Of a DNA stretch of 64,000 bases, positions 34,450 to 44,736 are shown piece after piece. Location: assembly GCA_963779615.1 (NCBI GenBank), contig CAVZZA010000001.1, forward strand, positions 160,001 through 224,000, in the 5' to 3' direction. How positions within the stretch are numbered: the stretch's first letter is position 1; every line of letters begins with the position of its first letter. The notes below the pieces were generated by a model that was given only the letters and a program-made list of their open reading frames with translations, was not told the DNA's origin and did not search any database. Source of the stretch: an uncultured Nitrososphaeraceae archaeon (GTDB taxonomy: Archaea; Thermoproteota; Nitrososphaeria; Nitrososphaerales; Nitrososphaeraceae). The translations under genes were made by a program, and so were the position numbers.

Positions 34450-34478
34450 CTTAACTTAACTTAACATCCTACCGGGCT
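34370..34478 (-). tRNA. tRNA-Gln(TTG) with 36-nt non-canonical intron at 10/11 (34433-34468)
   Basis: Spliced: AGCCCGGTAG|TGTAGCGGACAAGCATAGAGGCCTTTGGAGCCTTTGACCCCAGTTCGAATCTGGGCCGGGCTA; BHB-like CGGT/GCCG helix. Confidence 0.9.
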
Positions 34479-34518
34479 TTCCGGGCAGTCTATTATAAAA
34501 TTTACCTACATTATAATT

Positions 34519-35676
34519 TTACGCATCAGAGGTGGTGGTGGTATTGGTGGCAGCAGCAGCAGCGGTGGCATATATGTAGGACACCAGTTTATCAACAGGG
34601 TCCTCCATCTCGCTCAACATCCTCCTGGCTTTTTTCTCCAGCAATGCACACTGCTCTTTATCATTCAAAAACAAATTTACAAGGGACACAAGGCGAGAGG
34701 CAGTGAAGGCCCTCTTTATCAACCCTGTTTTTTTCAGGTAATCATCTATGTAAAAGTGAACAGGGGCAATAGAGATTGTGGGCCTGCCCAAAAGCGCAGA
34801 CTCTGCGGTCATGGTACCCCCCGCACCAATAAAAATGTCAATGTTTTTCAACATGTCTATACCGTCAACTACGTCTGTCAGCACTGTTGCTTTGTTTTTA
34901 TAGCGTCCCGATATCTCACTTATCTGATCGGAATACCTGCAAAGAATAATGATGTTGCATTTTTCACTGAAATGTTTGACTACAAAATCCACTAAAGCTA
35001 TTGGTTGGGTAACCAATTTTTTATTGGCGATATAGGCAGCCTTTGATTCCTCCAGCCTTATTAAGATGGATTTCTTTGATCTATCTGTTTTTAGTTTTTC
35101 AAGAATACCGGTGTTTTTACCACCATCGTCACATTGGGTGAAATTACTGGAAGTAGCGCCAAGACCAGTGCTGTCACGTGGAAGCAACCAGGCAACAGGG
35201 TCCAATCCACCATACCTAATGATCTGTTTTGGCGAAATGCCATATTTTGTCCACGAGGTCAAGGGGATTATGGATGGTGTAAACAATTTGGTTAAAAGGG
35301 GTACGGACAGCCTTGCAACTGCCTCCGCATGCGGGGAGTCATTGAATCCAAGATGATCAACACCCAATCCAAAAGAAACCCTAGAGGCCTCAGGGGATGA
35401 AAAACTAACTGCCAAGTCTGGGGAAAACCTGTGGATTGTTTTTGATAGTTCCATGACTCTAGCCGTGCTTTCATAAAGCTTGTTGTAAAGGTCGGCTCCA
35501 CCATGACTACCCACAATCAAAAGATCTAACCCCTTTATTTTGGCTAACTCATTAGCCTCCCTGTATTGTCTTGAAGTGCACAAAACCTCATTGTTTTTTT
35601 GTTTTCTCAAAATGTCAATTGCAGGTTTAAAAAACATAATTTGCTTAGGAGTCAGAATATCAAACCAGATCCTCAA
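34519..35676 (-). CDS. DUF354 family GT-B fold protein
   Basis: MRIWFDILTPKQ, G.HGG, D.PHA, GAGGTMTAESALLG.PTIS. Confidence 0.85.
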   Translation of the reverse strand: MRIWFDILTPKQIMFFKPAIDILRKQKNNEVLCTSRQYREANELAKIKGLDLLIVGSHGGADLYNKLYESTARVMELSKTIHRFSPDLAVSFSSPEASRVSFGLGVDHLGFNDSPHAEAVARLSVPLLTKLFTPSIIPLTSWTKYGISPKQIIRYGGLDPVAWLLPRDSTGLGATSSNFTQCDDGGKNTGILEKLKTDRSKKSILIRLEESKAAYIANKKLVTQPIALVDFVVKHFSEKCNIIILCRYSDQISEISGRYKNKATVLTDVVDGIDMLKNIDIFIGAGGTMTAESALLGRPTISIAPVHFYIDDYLKKTGLIKRAFTASRLVSLVNLFLNDKEQCALLEKKARRMLSEMEDPVDKLVSYIYATAAAAATNTTTTSDA

Positions 35677-35913
35677 AACAAGTAGAATAATTAATCAACG
35701 TTAAAAAATTCTTTCGCCTCATTTGGCGCACAACGAAATTGCAAAAAAAACCAATAGCCAAAAACTAAATAAAGAAATAAAAATCTTAAGATATTGGTGG
35801 GGTAAAGGATTTCAGAAAAAACGGCAGCAGGGGCAGCAGCATCTAACAGGGTAAACAATAACCCAAAAAACCAAAACAGAACAGGCGACAAGTGGATAGA
35901 GAAAACAAGTAGG

Positions 35914-37122
35914 GTGGTGGAGGAGGATAGAGAAAAAGTGGTATCAGGTGCAGATGCAAATCAAAATAAGGATATTGTCATCTACGGGCTAAGCACTGAA
36001 GGATATGAAATAGCAAAAAAAATACTGCAAAACCAATCAAAAGTAGTGATAATTGATGAAAATTCAAGGCTAGGGATTTTGCTGACCCCCAAAATAGTAA
36101 AAGACTACCCAAACATTGCTTTTTTAATGGAGGAGGAGCTGCTATTGAATTTGGAGCCTTTTGATAAATCCATAAGCAATGCTCCGATCATTTTTTTTGT
36201 CCCCAGAATCAGGAAAACAAATTACGAGGTGAAAAATGACATAATTTCAAAGTTTAAGGAAATCATATCCTACCTAAAAAAAAACACGTCAATTGTGTTT
36301 AACATTCCATTGGGGGTGGGCGGAAATACCGAAATAATATCACTAATAGAGCATTTATCTGGGTTCACTGTAGGAGCCGATGTCTTTTATTACTATAATC
36401 CCATAGACAAAACCAAAACAAACGAGGTAATTGTAGGATCGCATCAGCAAATGAATGACGCCTACTTCAATAGCACCATAAATCTAATGTACAGGTATGA
36501 CAAACAAGAATTGAGGGCAGTAAGCATCCCATCTTCAGAGTTACTATATACAATAAACGTGGTAAACAGATATTCAGACATGGCTTCCATCATCGAAATC
36601 ACAAAACTCAATAGGCTAAAAGAGATAAGAACGGAGTTATCTCAAAACAACATAAACGCAATCTACTTTGACGAAATAGTAAACGGTTTGTTTGATTTAA
36701 GGATTCTAAGCATATCATTAACAAGTTCATCGCCTTTGGGGTACATAGTAAACGGCACAATAAGGTCAATAGAGGGCTTTATAAAAAGTCTTGTGGAGGA
36801 GGTAAGAAGTCAATTAAAGGAGAGGGAAATAAAAGCTAGCAGAGCAAAGGTTACCATATTCTGGACTATTGACAACAACGAATTGAGGGGAGACAAAGCC
36901 ATAATTAGGGAATCGCTAAAAATAAAACTAAGGGACTACATTGCAGAAGTAGAAATACAGGATGCAGAAACTTTTTTACCAAACACAATAACAAACATAA
37001 TAATCGCCTGCTCAAGCGAAGACTATAGAAAAGTTGTATCAAAAATAGACAAGAATCACCACCGCAACTCCAAATCAATAGTGGTTTCGGCAAACACTTT
37101 CTTCAACACAATAGAAATTTAA
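35914..37122 (+). CDS. Divergent nucleotide-sugar dehydrogenase-like protein
   Basis: Rossmann-like IVIYGLSTEGY; overall layout like UDP-glucose/GDP-mannose dehydrogenase; sugar-gene context. Confidence 0.6.
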   Translation: MVEEDREKVVSGADANQNKDIVIYGLSTEGYEIAKKILQNQSKVVIIDENSRLGILLTPKIVKDYPNIAFLMEEELLLNLEPFDKSISNAPIIFFVPRIRKTNYEVKNDIISKFKEIISYLKKNTSIVFNIPLGVGGNTEIISLIEHLSGFTVGADVFYYYNPIDKTKTNEVIVGSHQQMNDAYFNSTINLMYRYDKQELRAVSIPSSELLYTINVVNRYSDMASIIEITKLNRLKEIRTELSQNNINAIYFDEIVNGLFDLRILSISLTSSSPLGYIVNGTIRSIEGFIKSLVEEVRSQLKEREIKASRAKVTIFWTIDNNELRGDKAIIRESLKIKLRDYIAEVEIQDAETFLPNTITNIIIACSSEDYRKVVSKIDKNHHRNSKSIVVSANTFFNTIEI

Positions 37123-37272
37123 CCAAAAATGCGTCCTGGAAATACAAGTGGAAAAATAAATGCAAGGAAAACAGAAATTAGCTGCTATTGTGTTTCCTCC
37201 CTCCCTCCCTCCCTCTCTCTGCATGCAATATGGACGCAGAACAGCAACAGCAACAACAAGGAAAACAAGGAG

Positions 37273-37764
37273 TTAAGAGTTCCAGTTATCTTTTTTAATA
37301 TCGTATTCTTCTCTTGAGTACTTTACTCGCGCAGGGTGTCCCATAACCACCATATTTGGAGGAACGTCTTTGGTAACCACAGAAGCCATGGCAATGACAC
37401 TGTTTTTACCAACTTTCACCCCGGGTTTGAACACAGATCGTCCTCCAATTATTGCACCATCTTCAACAATCACCCCAGTCATTTTTTTACTCATAGGGTA
37501 GGGGTCATTTGTAAATGTTGCACCGGGCCCAATAAAAACATCGTTTCCAATCTCAGTCAGTGGTGGAATGTACACCAATCCTTCAATTCTGCAGTTATTT
37601 CCAATTTTAACGCCATAATCAACATGAGTCAGGGAACCAATCATGACATTGTTTCCTATAGACGTATTTTCACCAACATATGAAAAATGCCATATTTTGA
37701 CGTTTTCCCCTATTTTTGCGCTAGGAGAGACAAAATTAATCACAGGTTTCGCATGGTTTTCCAA
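37273..37764 (-). CDS. Hexapeptide-repeat sugar N-acetyltransferase (WbpD-like)
   Basis: IGENVKIWHF, FIGP...FTND.YP, VVTKDVPP. Confidence 0.9.
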   Translation of the reverse strand: MENHAKPVINFVSPSAKIGENVKIWHFSYVGENTSIGNNVMIGSLTHVDYGVKIGNNCRIEGLVYIPPLTEIGNDVFIGPGATFTNDPYPMSKKMTGVIVEDGAIIGGRSVFKPGVKVGKNSVIAMASVVTKDVPPNMVVMGHPARVKYSREEYDIKKDNWNS

Positions 37765-38449
37765 TAGTTGTTATCACTGGAATTACCAATATAAAAATCG
37801 ATACATTAAACGATATTAATTGTTGATTTGGGGGCAGGCGGATATACAAGTGGTGTGGAAGAATTGCAAACGCCACCGAAAGTTATTTTGACAATCCTTA
37901 AAGAATACAACTTTTGGTTATTTGGTAATGCAATCTCATATCATCTCACAGCAATTCAACCGCATCTTTTGTGGTTTATGCGTCCCCTGGCAGATAACAA
38001 GGCGAATTTTGGAACTCTCCCAACTATACGCACAACCCAACGTATCAGCACAATACAACGCAATAAATAATATGTTTTTTTTTTGCGAACTGCAACATTA
38101 TGCCGACGACGATCAAACACCTTGCAGGATATATATTCACACAAAAAAACTGCATTTTCACAACTATTCCATCCTTCCTCCACCGCCACCACACAATCAC
38201 CACTATTAGAAACAGAATCACAAATACTGTTTGTTTGCATCATTTATTCAAATGGCATGTCTTTATGCCTTTTTTCCATCCATTCACTCATCATCACCGT
38301 CAGGATAATCAGTCTGGTGTGCTTTGCTTTGCTTTGCTTTGTGTTGGTTAACTTTGGAGGCTAGCCTACTAATTTCAACGCATTCTTATTTAAAAGAACA
38401 CATATAAAAAATGCGCACCGTTGACGACCTGCAACACTGTTGATTTGGA

Positions 38450-39409
38450 TCAATATGTAAGATAAACCGGTGCTCCGGTATTGCTAGAGATAAGGGCTGC
38501 CTCTGCGATTTTTGTTACTGCTGTAGCATCTTCTGGGCTTACCAAAAATTTTGTTTTTTTACCCGACACAGCCTGGAGAAAGTTTTCCAGCTCCAAAGTT
38601 AATGGCTCCATAAATTGCCTCCGTGGGATAACTGTTTTAGTCTCGTCATCTATTTTTATTTCCTGGGTTATGAAATCTCCAGTAATGATGCCTTCCGAGC
38701 ATACTGCACTGAATCTCCGAACTTTTTTTGGAGTAATCCAGTTGGAGGCAATGATTGCTACTTTTTGATCGTGAAATCCTAACATGATAGTGGCAAAATC
38801 CTCAGAAGAATGGAACCTTTTTCCCGAGCGAGCAAAAACAACTGTGGGTTTAGAATCAAAAATAAACAACGCAGTGTCTATATCATGTACGGAGGTATCA
38901 TAGATTATCCCCACGTCTTTTATGTGCAAAGGCATTCTGTTTTCACGGTGAAACTCCATCATTAACAGCTCTCCACAGGTATTTTCTTCAATGATTTTTT
39001 TGAGGTCCTGAATTGCGGGATTAAACCTTTCAATATAACCGGAAGTCAATACCACTCCATAATGCTTTGATGATTTAGTTAATTCTTCACACTCAACAGA
39101 CGAAAACGACAAGGGTTTTTCAACAAAGACATTTATTTTGCGTTTTATGATTTCAAGTGCAATTGAAAAATGGGTTTTGGTAGGGGTGCACACGATACAG
39201 GCATCAAGGTCAGGCTCTTTTTCAAACAATTCCCTCAAATTCAGGTAGGAATTTATTTTATGTTTTTTTGAAACAGATAGGGCCCTATTTTCATCTGAAT
39301 CGCATATTGCGCGCAATACACCCAAATCGCTTAACACGCGTACATGATTTTTTCCCCAACCTCCGGTCCCAATTACGGCAATTTTTAAATTATGCTCACT
39401 CATTTGCAA
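38450..39409 (-). CDS. Gfo/Idh/MocA oxidoreductase (WbpB-like)
   Basis: IG.GGWGKNH, VEKPL, G.IERFNP, D..VHDID. Confidence 0.9.
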   Translation of the reverse strand: MQMSEHNLKIAVIGTGGWGKNHVRVLSDLGVLRAICDSDENRALSVSKKHKINSYLNLRELFEKEPDLDACIVCTPTKTHFSIALEIIKRKINVFVEKPLSFSSVECEELTKSSKHYGVVLTSGYIERFNPAIQDLKKIIEENTCGELLMMEFHRENRMPLHIKDVGIIYDTSVHDIDTALFIFDSKPTVVFARSGKRFHSSEDFATIMLGFHDQKVAIIASNWITPKKVRRFSAVCSEGIITGDFITQEIKIDDETKTVIPRRQFMEPLTLELENFLQAVSGKKTKFLVSPEDATAVTKIAEAALISSNTGAPVYLTY

Positions 39410-39468
39410 TTCATTCAGGATGACAAATACAGGATACTATAAAACAAAAGCGGCAAGTATAACAGCAG

Positions 39469-40386
39469 TTACCATACAGGAGTAAGCCATTCCTGGAATT
39501 GGCTGATTTCGGATGTTACCAATTTTTCATAAAAGTCAGAGATCTGCTTTGTGATTGTACCGACTAAACCGTTACCAATAACTTGGTTATCAACGCTTAT
39601 GATGGATGTTATTTCCGCTGCTGTCCCCGTTACGAATATTTCATCTGCGGCATACAACTCTGCACGGCTGATGGAACGTTCACTGACATCATAACCAAGG
39701 TTATTTGCAATTTCAATGGCCGTGTCTCTAGTGATTCCTTCAAGAACCGAGTCTGAGAGAGGTGGGGTACATATTTTATTTTTTCGTATGACAAAAATAT
39801 TTTCCCCCGGCGCTTCACTGACATTTCCGACATAATCCAGCATGATAGACTCATCATATCCATTTCGTTTGCATTCTTGGGTAGCCAATACAGAATTCAT
39901 ATAGTTACCTCCAGCCTTTGCCATTGGTGGGGTAGAGTTTCCGTTAATGCGTCTCCAAGAAGATATGCAAGTTCTTATCCCGCTTTCAGGAAAGTAACGG
40001 CTAAAGGGAAATGAGATTATGGCAAGATGGGAAGGAGAGTTTTTGGTAACATTTAGATCAATTCCATGGAGTCCAACAAAAAGTAAAGGTCTTATATAGC
40101 AAGATTGTTTAGTATTATTTTTTCTTAACAATTCAATAACATAATTGCATATTTCATCTGCGGGATATTTTGAATCAATAGAATACATTTCTGCAGACTG
40201 GATTAATCTTTGTACATGTTCTCTGAGTTTAAATATGTACAGATTCTTTTCATTTGAATAACCCCTTATGCCTTCAAAAACAGATGTTCCGTAATGCAAT
40301 GCATGAGTTGTGATAGGCACATTGACTGATTCCCAAGGTTTTAATTCGCCGTCAAACCAGATAAAATCAGCGTTTTTATTTTTCAT
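39469..40386 (-). CDS. ilvE: Branched-chain amino acid aminotransferase
   Basis: HALHYGTSVFEGIR, AKAGGNY, LEGITR, TGTAAEI. Confidence 0.95.
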   Translation of the reverse strand: MKNKNADFIWFDGELKPWESVNVPITTHALHYGTSVFEGIRGYSNEKNLYIFKLREHVQRLIQSAEMYSIDSKYPADEICNYVIELLRKNNTKQSCYIRPLLFVGLHGIDLNVTKNSPSHLAIISFPFSRYFPESGIRTCISSWRRINGNSTPPMAKAGGNYMNSVLATQECKRNGYDESIMLDYVGNVSEAPGENIFVIRKNKICTPPLSDSVLEGITRDTAIEIANNLGYDVSERSISRAELYAADEIFVTGTAAEITSIISVDNQVIGNGLVGTITKQISDFYEKLVTSEISQFQEWLTPVW

Positions 40387-40437
40387 AGATTTGCAAGTTT
40401 TTCACGAATATAAAAGTGTTAAATTCTTTGCCATTTT

Positions 40438-41094
40438 TTAGATAAAACCATCTTTTGGAAATTTCATTCCGCATACACGTATGGTATTATCTCCAGAATT
40501 TGAGAAATGTTCAACAATGTCCCAATTTTTTCTGATTATTTCGCCAACTTTTGGCGAAACAAAATTACGCCATTCTGAATCCAAATAGTTGGACCCGGAA
40601 AGCGTTTTGCAAGATAATGCAGACCGGTACAACAGGTTTTTTACATCGGTAGAAGAGATTACCTGTCTGTTGGCTTGTACGGGATTGAAGCCAAAAATTT
40701 TCAATAGCACCCTTTCGGCCCTATCACCTGTATAGGTAATAAAGTTAGATCCCGGCAAGTTCAAAATGATATTTTTTCGTAGTTTTTGAAATGGCGTGGA
40801 AAGAAAAAGGGGAAAATATCTGATGTAAGGTGAAACAAAGGCATAACTATCCAATACACCAATATTTTCATTATAATCAAATGATTCAAGAATCATTTGT
40901 TTTCGAGTTTCAAAAGAAAAAGGAAAGCTCCTGGTTGTGACTTCCTCTTTATTTTTTAAAAATCGTACTGGAAAAACATAAACTTTATAATCATTCAATA
41001 GATTTTGTATTATTTTCTCATGTGAAAGCGTTAATGGATTCAGATGAGCTAAAAATATTGCAATTGTACTTTTTTTACTTTTACTTTTTCCCAT
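40438..41094 (-). CDS. Nucleotidyltransferase-like (HIGH superfamily) protein
   Basis: AHLNPLTLSH, PFSFETRKQMI, ISSTDVK. Confidence 0.65.
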   Translation of the reverse strand: MGKSKSKKSTIAIFLAHLNPLTLSHEKIIQNLLNDYKVYVFPVRFLKNKEEVTTRSFPFSFETRKQMILESFDYNENIGVLDSYAFVSPYIRYFPLFLSTPFQKLRKNIILNLPGSNFITYTGDRAERVLLKIFGFNPVQANRQVISSTDVKNLLYRSALSCKTLSGSNYLDSEWRNFVSPKVGEIIRKNWDIVEHFSNSGDNTIRVCGMKFPKDGFI

Positions 41095-41129
41095 AATACA
41101 AAATGTGTGATATTAAAAACTTTTGGGTT

Positions 41130-41453
41130 TTAGGTATGTCTTTTAACTTGTATTTCTATTGTCGAGACATTTCGTGTTCTGCCATCTTCTGCCTGAACTG
41201 TTTCTGATCCAATTATGATATCACCGATTGAATAACCCGCATTTTCCATTCTTTTCAATATTATTTGAGATACATCAACAGCCCGTCCAATGCTTAGACC
41301 CCTTGCTTTAATAGTTACAGAAGGTTGATTTGCTAATTGAATCAGTGTTGAAGTCACATATGCCATCAGGGGTTTCTTTCCGATATATATCGAGTCTCTT
41401 GTAGTGTTGTTTTCCTTATTTTGTTCATTAGGTTGTGATTGTACTTCTGACAT
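41130..41453 (-). CDS. albA: DNA/RNA-binding protein Alba
   Basis: IYIGKKPLMAYV, KARG.SI.RAVDV, RNVSTIEI. Confidence 0.95.
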   Translation of the reverse strand: MSEVQSQPNEQNKENNTTRDSIYIGKKPLMAYVTSTLIQLANQPSVTIKARGLSIGRAVDVSQIILKRMENAGYSIGDIIIGSETVQAEDGRTRNVSTIEIQVKRHT

Positions 41454-41528
41454 CAATACAACTAATTTGACAAGGTAATTTAAATCTAAGATTTTTAAGT
41501 TTTTTTGTTATTACCACACATAAACAGA

Positions 41529-43031
41529 TTATGAAGGATCAAGGATAAGTTTTTCAACAGTCAATTTTAATTCATCCATTTTATTTCTGAGAGAGCCTAT
41601 TCGCTGATTCATCTTTTTTTCATACTCTTCAATCTTTAGGTTTAAAAACAAAATCATCTCTAATTGTTCCTTTTTGTTTGGGGAGCCTTTAGTAACCCTA
41701 TAATTAATAGAATTTTCTGGAGTAACATCCTTGATTAACGAATGAATTTCATCAGCAGTTATACCGTATTTTAAAATACCAGTCTTGATTAACACCTGGG
41801 ATATATCATCAACGTTTAATGAGTTAAGTGGGATATTGCCTTTTTTGACGGCACAATCAACAAGCCCACCAACTAATTTGTGAGAATGTCTAAACGAAAT
41901 TTTTTTGCTTTTGATTATCTGTTCGGCTATATCAAGAGAAATTGCATAGCTCTCAGATGATATTCTATACATTCTTTTTTTGTCAACGGTAAATGTTTTA
42001 ATTATCCCATCTACTATCGAAATCGAATTTTCAACTGTTGATGAAATCTTCCAAACAGAAGGCTTGATTTCCTGCAGGTCTCTGCTGTAACCGGAGGGAA
42101 GTCCTTTCATAATTGAAGAAATGGATTGAAAAACCCCGCTAACCAAACCTGTTTTTCCGCGTATTATTTCCAGCGGATCAGGATTTTTTTTTTGAGGCAT
42201 AACCGAGGAAGAGGAGCTAAACCTATCATCTAAAGATACAAATCCAAACTCAGAAGTAGACCATATAATAAGGTCTTCAGATATTTTACACATATTTAAC
42301 ATGCATATAAGAGAATTCGATGCAAATTCGATAAATGAATCCCGAGAACCCGTTGCATCTATGCTATTGTATACTAAACCAGAAAACCCCAGCATAGAGG
42401 AAACCCTTTCTCGGTCAATATTTATACTGCTACCCCCAATTGCGCATGCACCTAATGGGGAACAATTAATCCTATCATACAGATCAAAAAATCTATCAAA
42501 ATCACGGGTTAGTGAATAGGCATAAGATAACAGATAATGGGAAAAAACCCCCAATTGCGCATGCTGTAAATGTGTGTACATTGGCATGATAGAATCAACA
42601 TTGTCCTCTGCTCGTTTGACTATAGAAGAAATCAAAATGATTAGGTTTTGGCAAATAGCATTTACATCATCTCGTACTTTCATTCGCATATCTAAAACCA
42701 CCTGATCGTTTCTGGATCTAGCAGTGTGCATCTTTCCCCCAGAGTCCATATCAGTCATTTTTATTATGGCTGATTCGACTAACTCATGTATATCTTCAGA
42801 ATCCGAATTTCCAAACTCTTTTAATAGACCAGCATCCTTCAACAAACTATCCATACTCTTTAATATTTTTATCAATTCATTTTTTGATAGCACTCCAGCT
42901 TCATGGAGCATTATGACATGTGCTTGACTACCTATAAGATCATAATAAAGCAGGTTATAGTCATCATATACAGAAGATAAGAAAGAAAGCGTGTGATCAT
43001 CTAAACTTCCTTTGGGCCTTGATCTATACAT
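41529..43031 (-). CDS. argH: Argininosuccinate lyase
   Basis: HTARSRNDQV, YTHLQHAQ, SSSVMPQKKNPD. Confidence 0.95.
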   Translation of the reverse strand: MYRSRPKGSLDDHTLSFLSSVYDDYNLLYYDLIGSQAHVIMLHEAGVLSKNELIKILKSMDSLLKDAGLLKEFGNSDSEDIHELVESAIIKMTDMDSGGKMHTARSRNDQVVLDMRMKVRDDVNAICQNLIILISSIVKRAEDNVDSIMPMYTHLQHAQLGVFSHYLLSYAYSLTRDFDRFFDLYDRINCSPLGACAIGGSSINIDRERVSSMLGFSGLVYNSIDATGSRDSFIEFASNSLICMLNMCKISEDLIIWSTSEFGFVSLDDRFSSSSSVMPQKKNPDPLEIIRGKTGLVSGVFQSISSIMKGLPSGYSRDLQEIKPSVWKISSTVENSISIVDGIIKTFTVDKKRMYRISSESYAISLDIAEQIIKSKKISFRHSHKLVGGLVDCAVKKGNIPLNSLNVDDISQVLIKTGILKYGITADEIHSLIKDVTPENSINYRVTKGSPNKKEQLEMILFLNLKIEEYEKKMNQRIGSLRNKMDELKLTVEKLILDPS

Positions 43032-43295
43032 AAAAAATTTTTATTCAATTGCCTATATTAATAATATTTAGTGGCTCTGCAAAGTCAAGGATTTAATGGA
43101 AACTTTAGTTGTTTAGGTTAAATGGCCTCTCCAAATAAATACGATTAGTTATTTTGTTTAATTGAACCAACACCGAAGAAAAACAACAATCCAGTTATTT
43201 GCTACTTCCTAATGTGTTCCAAGATAGGAAAATGTCGATTTTAGAGCATTTAACATAAATAATTAATAAATAGGTAAGATAACAATATACAAGGT

Positions 43296-43730
43296 ATGTC
43301 TCAGGATTTGCAACTCGCAAGACGTCAAATATTTGACGAACTCACAAAAATAGTAGATCCAGAAATTGGTGTTTCAATCATGGAATTAGAATTAATAGAT
43401 AAAGTGGACATAGATGATGGGAAAGTGAACGTTGATTTGCACCTTACCAGTCCGTTTTGTCCAGCGGTTTTTGGCTTCAAAATAGCTCAAGATGTAAAAG
43501 ACAATATATATAATGTTGAAGGTATACACGACGTAAAAGTAAATGTAAGCAATCATTTTATGGCAGAGGCAATAAACAAGCAAGTTAATGAAAGCAAGCC
43601 ACCCCAGCAGCAGCAACAGCAGCAGTCTGCGGCGGCGTCAACACCAACAACATCGACAACAGATACATCATCACCACCATCGACAACATCATCTTCGTCT
43701 ACTTCAGATTCAAAGTCAGAAACAGTATAA
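43296..43730 (+). CDS. DUF59/PaaD/SufT-like Fe-S assembly protein
   Basis: DPEIG.SI.EL.LI, LTSPFCP; poly-Q/S/T tail. Confidence 0.9.
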   Translation: MSQDLQLARRQIFDELTKIVDPEIGVSIMELELIDKVDIDDGKVNVDLHLTSPFCPAVFGFKIAQDVKDNIYNVEGIHDVKVNVSNHFMAEAINKQVNESKPPQQQQQQQSAAASTPTTSTTDTSSPPSTTSSSSTSDSKSETV

Positions 43731-43866
43731 GAAAAGCAAAATTAATCAAAAAAAAGAGTTTCCAAAATAAAAAACATTTAGAAGACAACTGACAGTTTTA
43801 TCACCAATTATTGCCTTTTTTAAAGTAATTAAACAGTGAAGGAAAAAATCACATTTGTGGTTTTGC

Positions 43867-44649
43867 TTATTCTTTATTTTTTGTCCTCAAGTTTGAAACC
43901 TTTTTCTCGCTTTTTGATAGTCCAAGCATATGGCCTTTAAGGAGTTGTATGCCTAATGCGGGATCAACGCCTTTGGGACACACAGCACTACATGATCCTG
44001 CAAAATGACATCTCCAAATTCCATGCCTCTCATCAATTATATTAAATCTAGATGATTTGTCGTTATCCCTATTATCTGCAACATACCTATAAGCTTGAGA
44101 CAAAGCTTGAGGTCCAGGAAAACTAGAATCAGTCGCCACAGTAGGACAGGCAGAATAACAAAGGCCACACTTTATACAATACGAAAATTGGAGATAATCC
44201 TCCAATTCCTCCGGGGTTTGTTCGAATTCAACAAGTTCGTCCTTTTCGTCAATATCAAGTGAAACTTTATCGTTATGAACAAAAGGCTCCATTTTTTTAT
44301 GGTGGTTAAAAAATTGAGAAAAATCAGTAACTAAATCCCTTATTCTAGGGAAATTAGATAAAGGCTCACAAACTATAACGTCGTCATTTAACTCAGATAT
44401 TTTCGTGTAACAAGCTAATCGGGGTCTACCATTTATTTTCATCCCGCAGGATCCACAAGAAGCCATTCTACAGGAATAACGTATCCCTACGCTGCTATCA
44501 GAGTATTTTTTTACATGCAACAAGGCATCCAAAACTGTTGTCCAACGGTTAACAGAAACCTCAAACTTATCATAAGATGGAGAGTCATTTTTGTTGTAAT
44601 TTGTTCGATATATTTTTAAAATAACTTTTTTATTTTGCTCTTCACTCAT
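43867..44649 (-). CDS. sdhB: Succinate dehydrogenase Fe-S subunit
   Basis: SCRMASCGSC, CIKCGLCYSACP, CHFAGSCSAVCP. Confidence 0.95.
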   Translation of the reverse strand: MSEEQNKKVILKIYRTNYNKNDSPSYDKFEVSVNRWTTVLDALLHVKKYSDSSVGIRYSCRMASCGSCGMKINGRPRLACYTKISELNDDVIVCEPLSNFPRIRDLVTDFSQFFNHHKKMEPFVHNDKVSLDIDEKDELVEFEQTPEELEDYLQFSYCIKCGLCYSACPTVATDSSFPGPQALSQAYRYVADNRDNDKSSRFNIIDERHGIWRCHFAGSCSAVCPKGVDPALGIQLLKGHMLGLSKSEKKVSNLRTKNKE

Positions 44650-44736
44650 AACTACACACCTAAAATATACATCTATTCAATTCAGGATTAATTATTAATA
44701 TCCATCAATCTATGCACGCAACCCTCATCAACCATA

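Noticed and set aside
37828-38364. Five overlapping ORFs between the wbpD- and wbpB-like genes
   Set aside because: Low-complexity, mutually overlapping and motif-free; likely non-coding.
39469-40386. ilvE acting as the missing sugar aminotransferase
   Set aside because: It is a canonical fold-type IV BCAT; WbpE enzymes are fold-type I.
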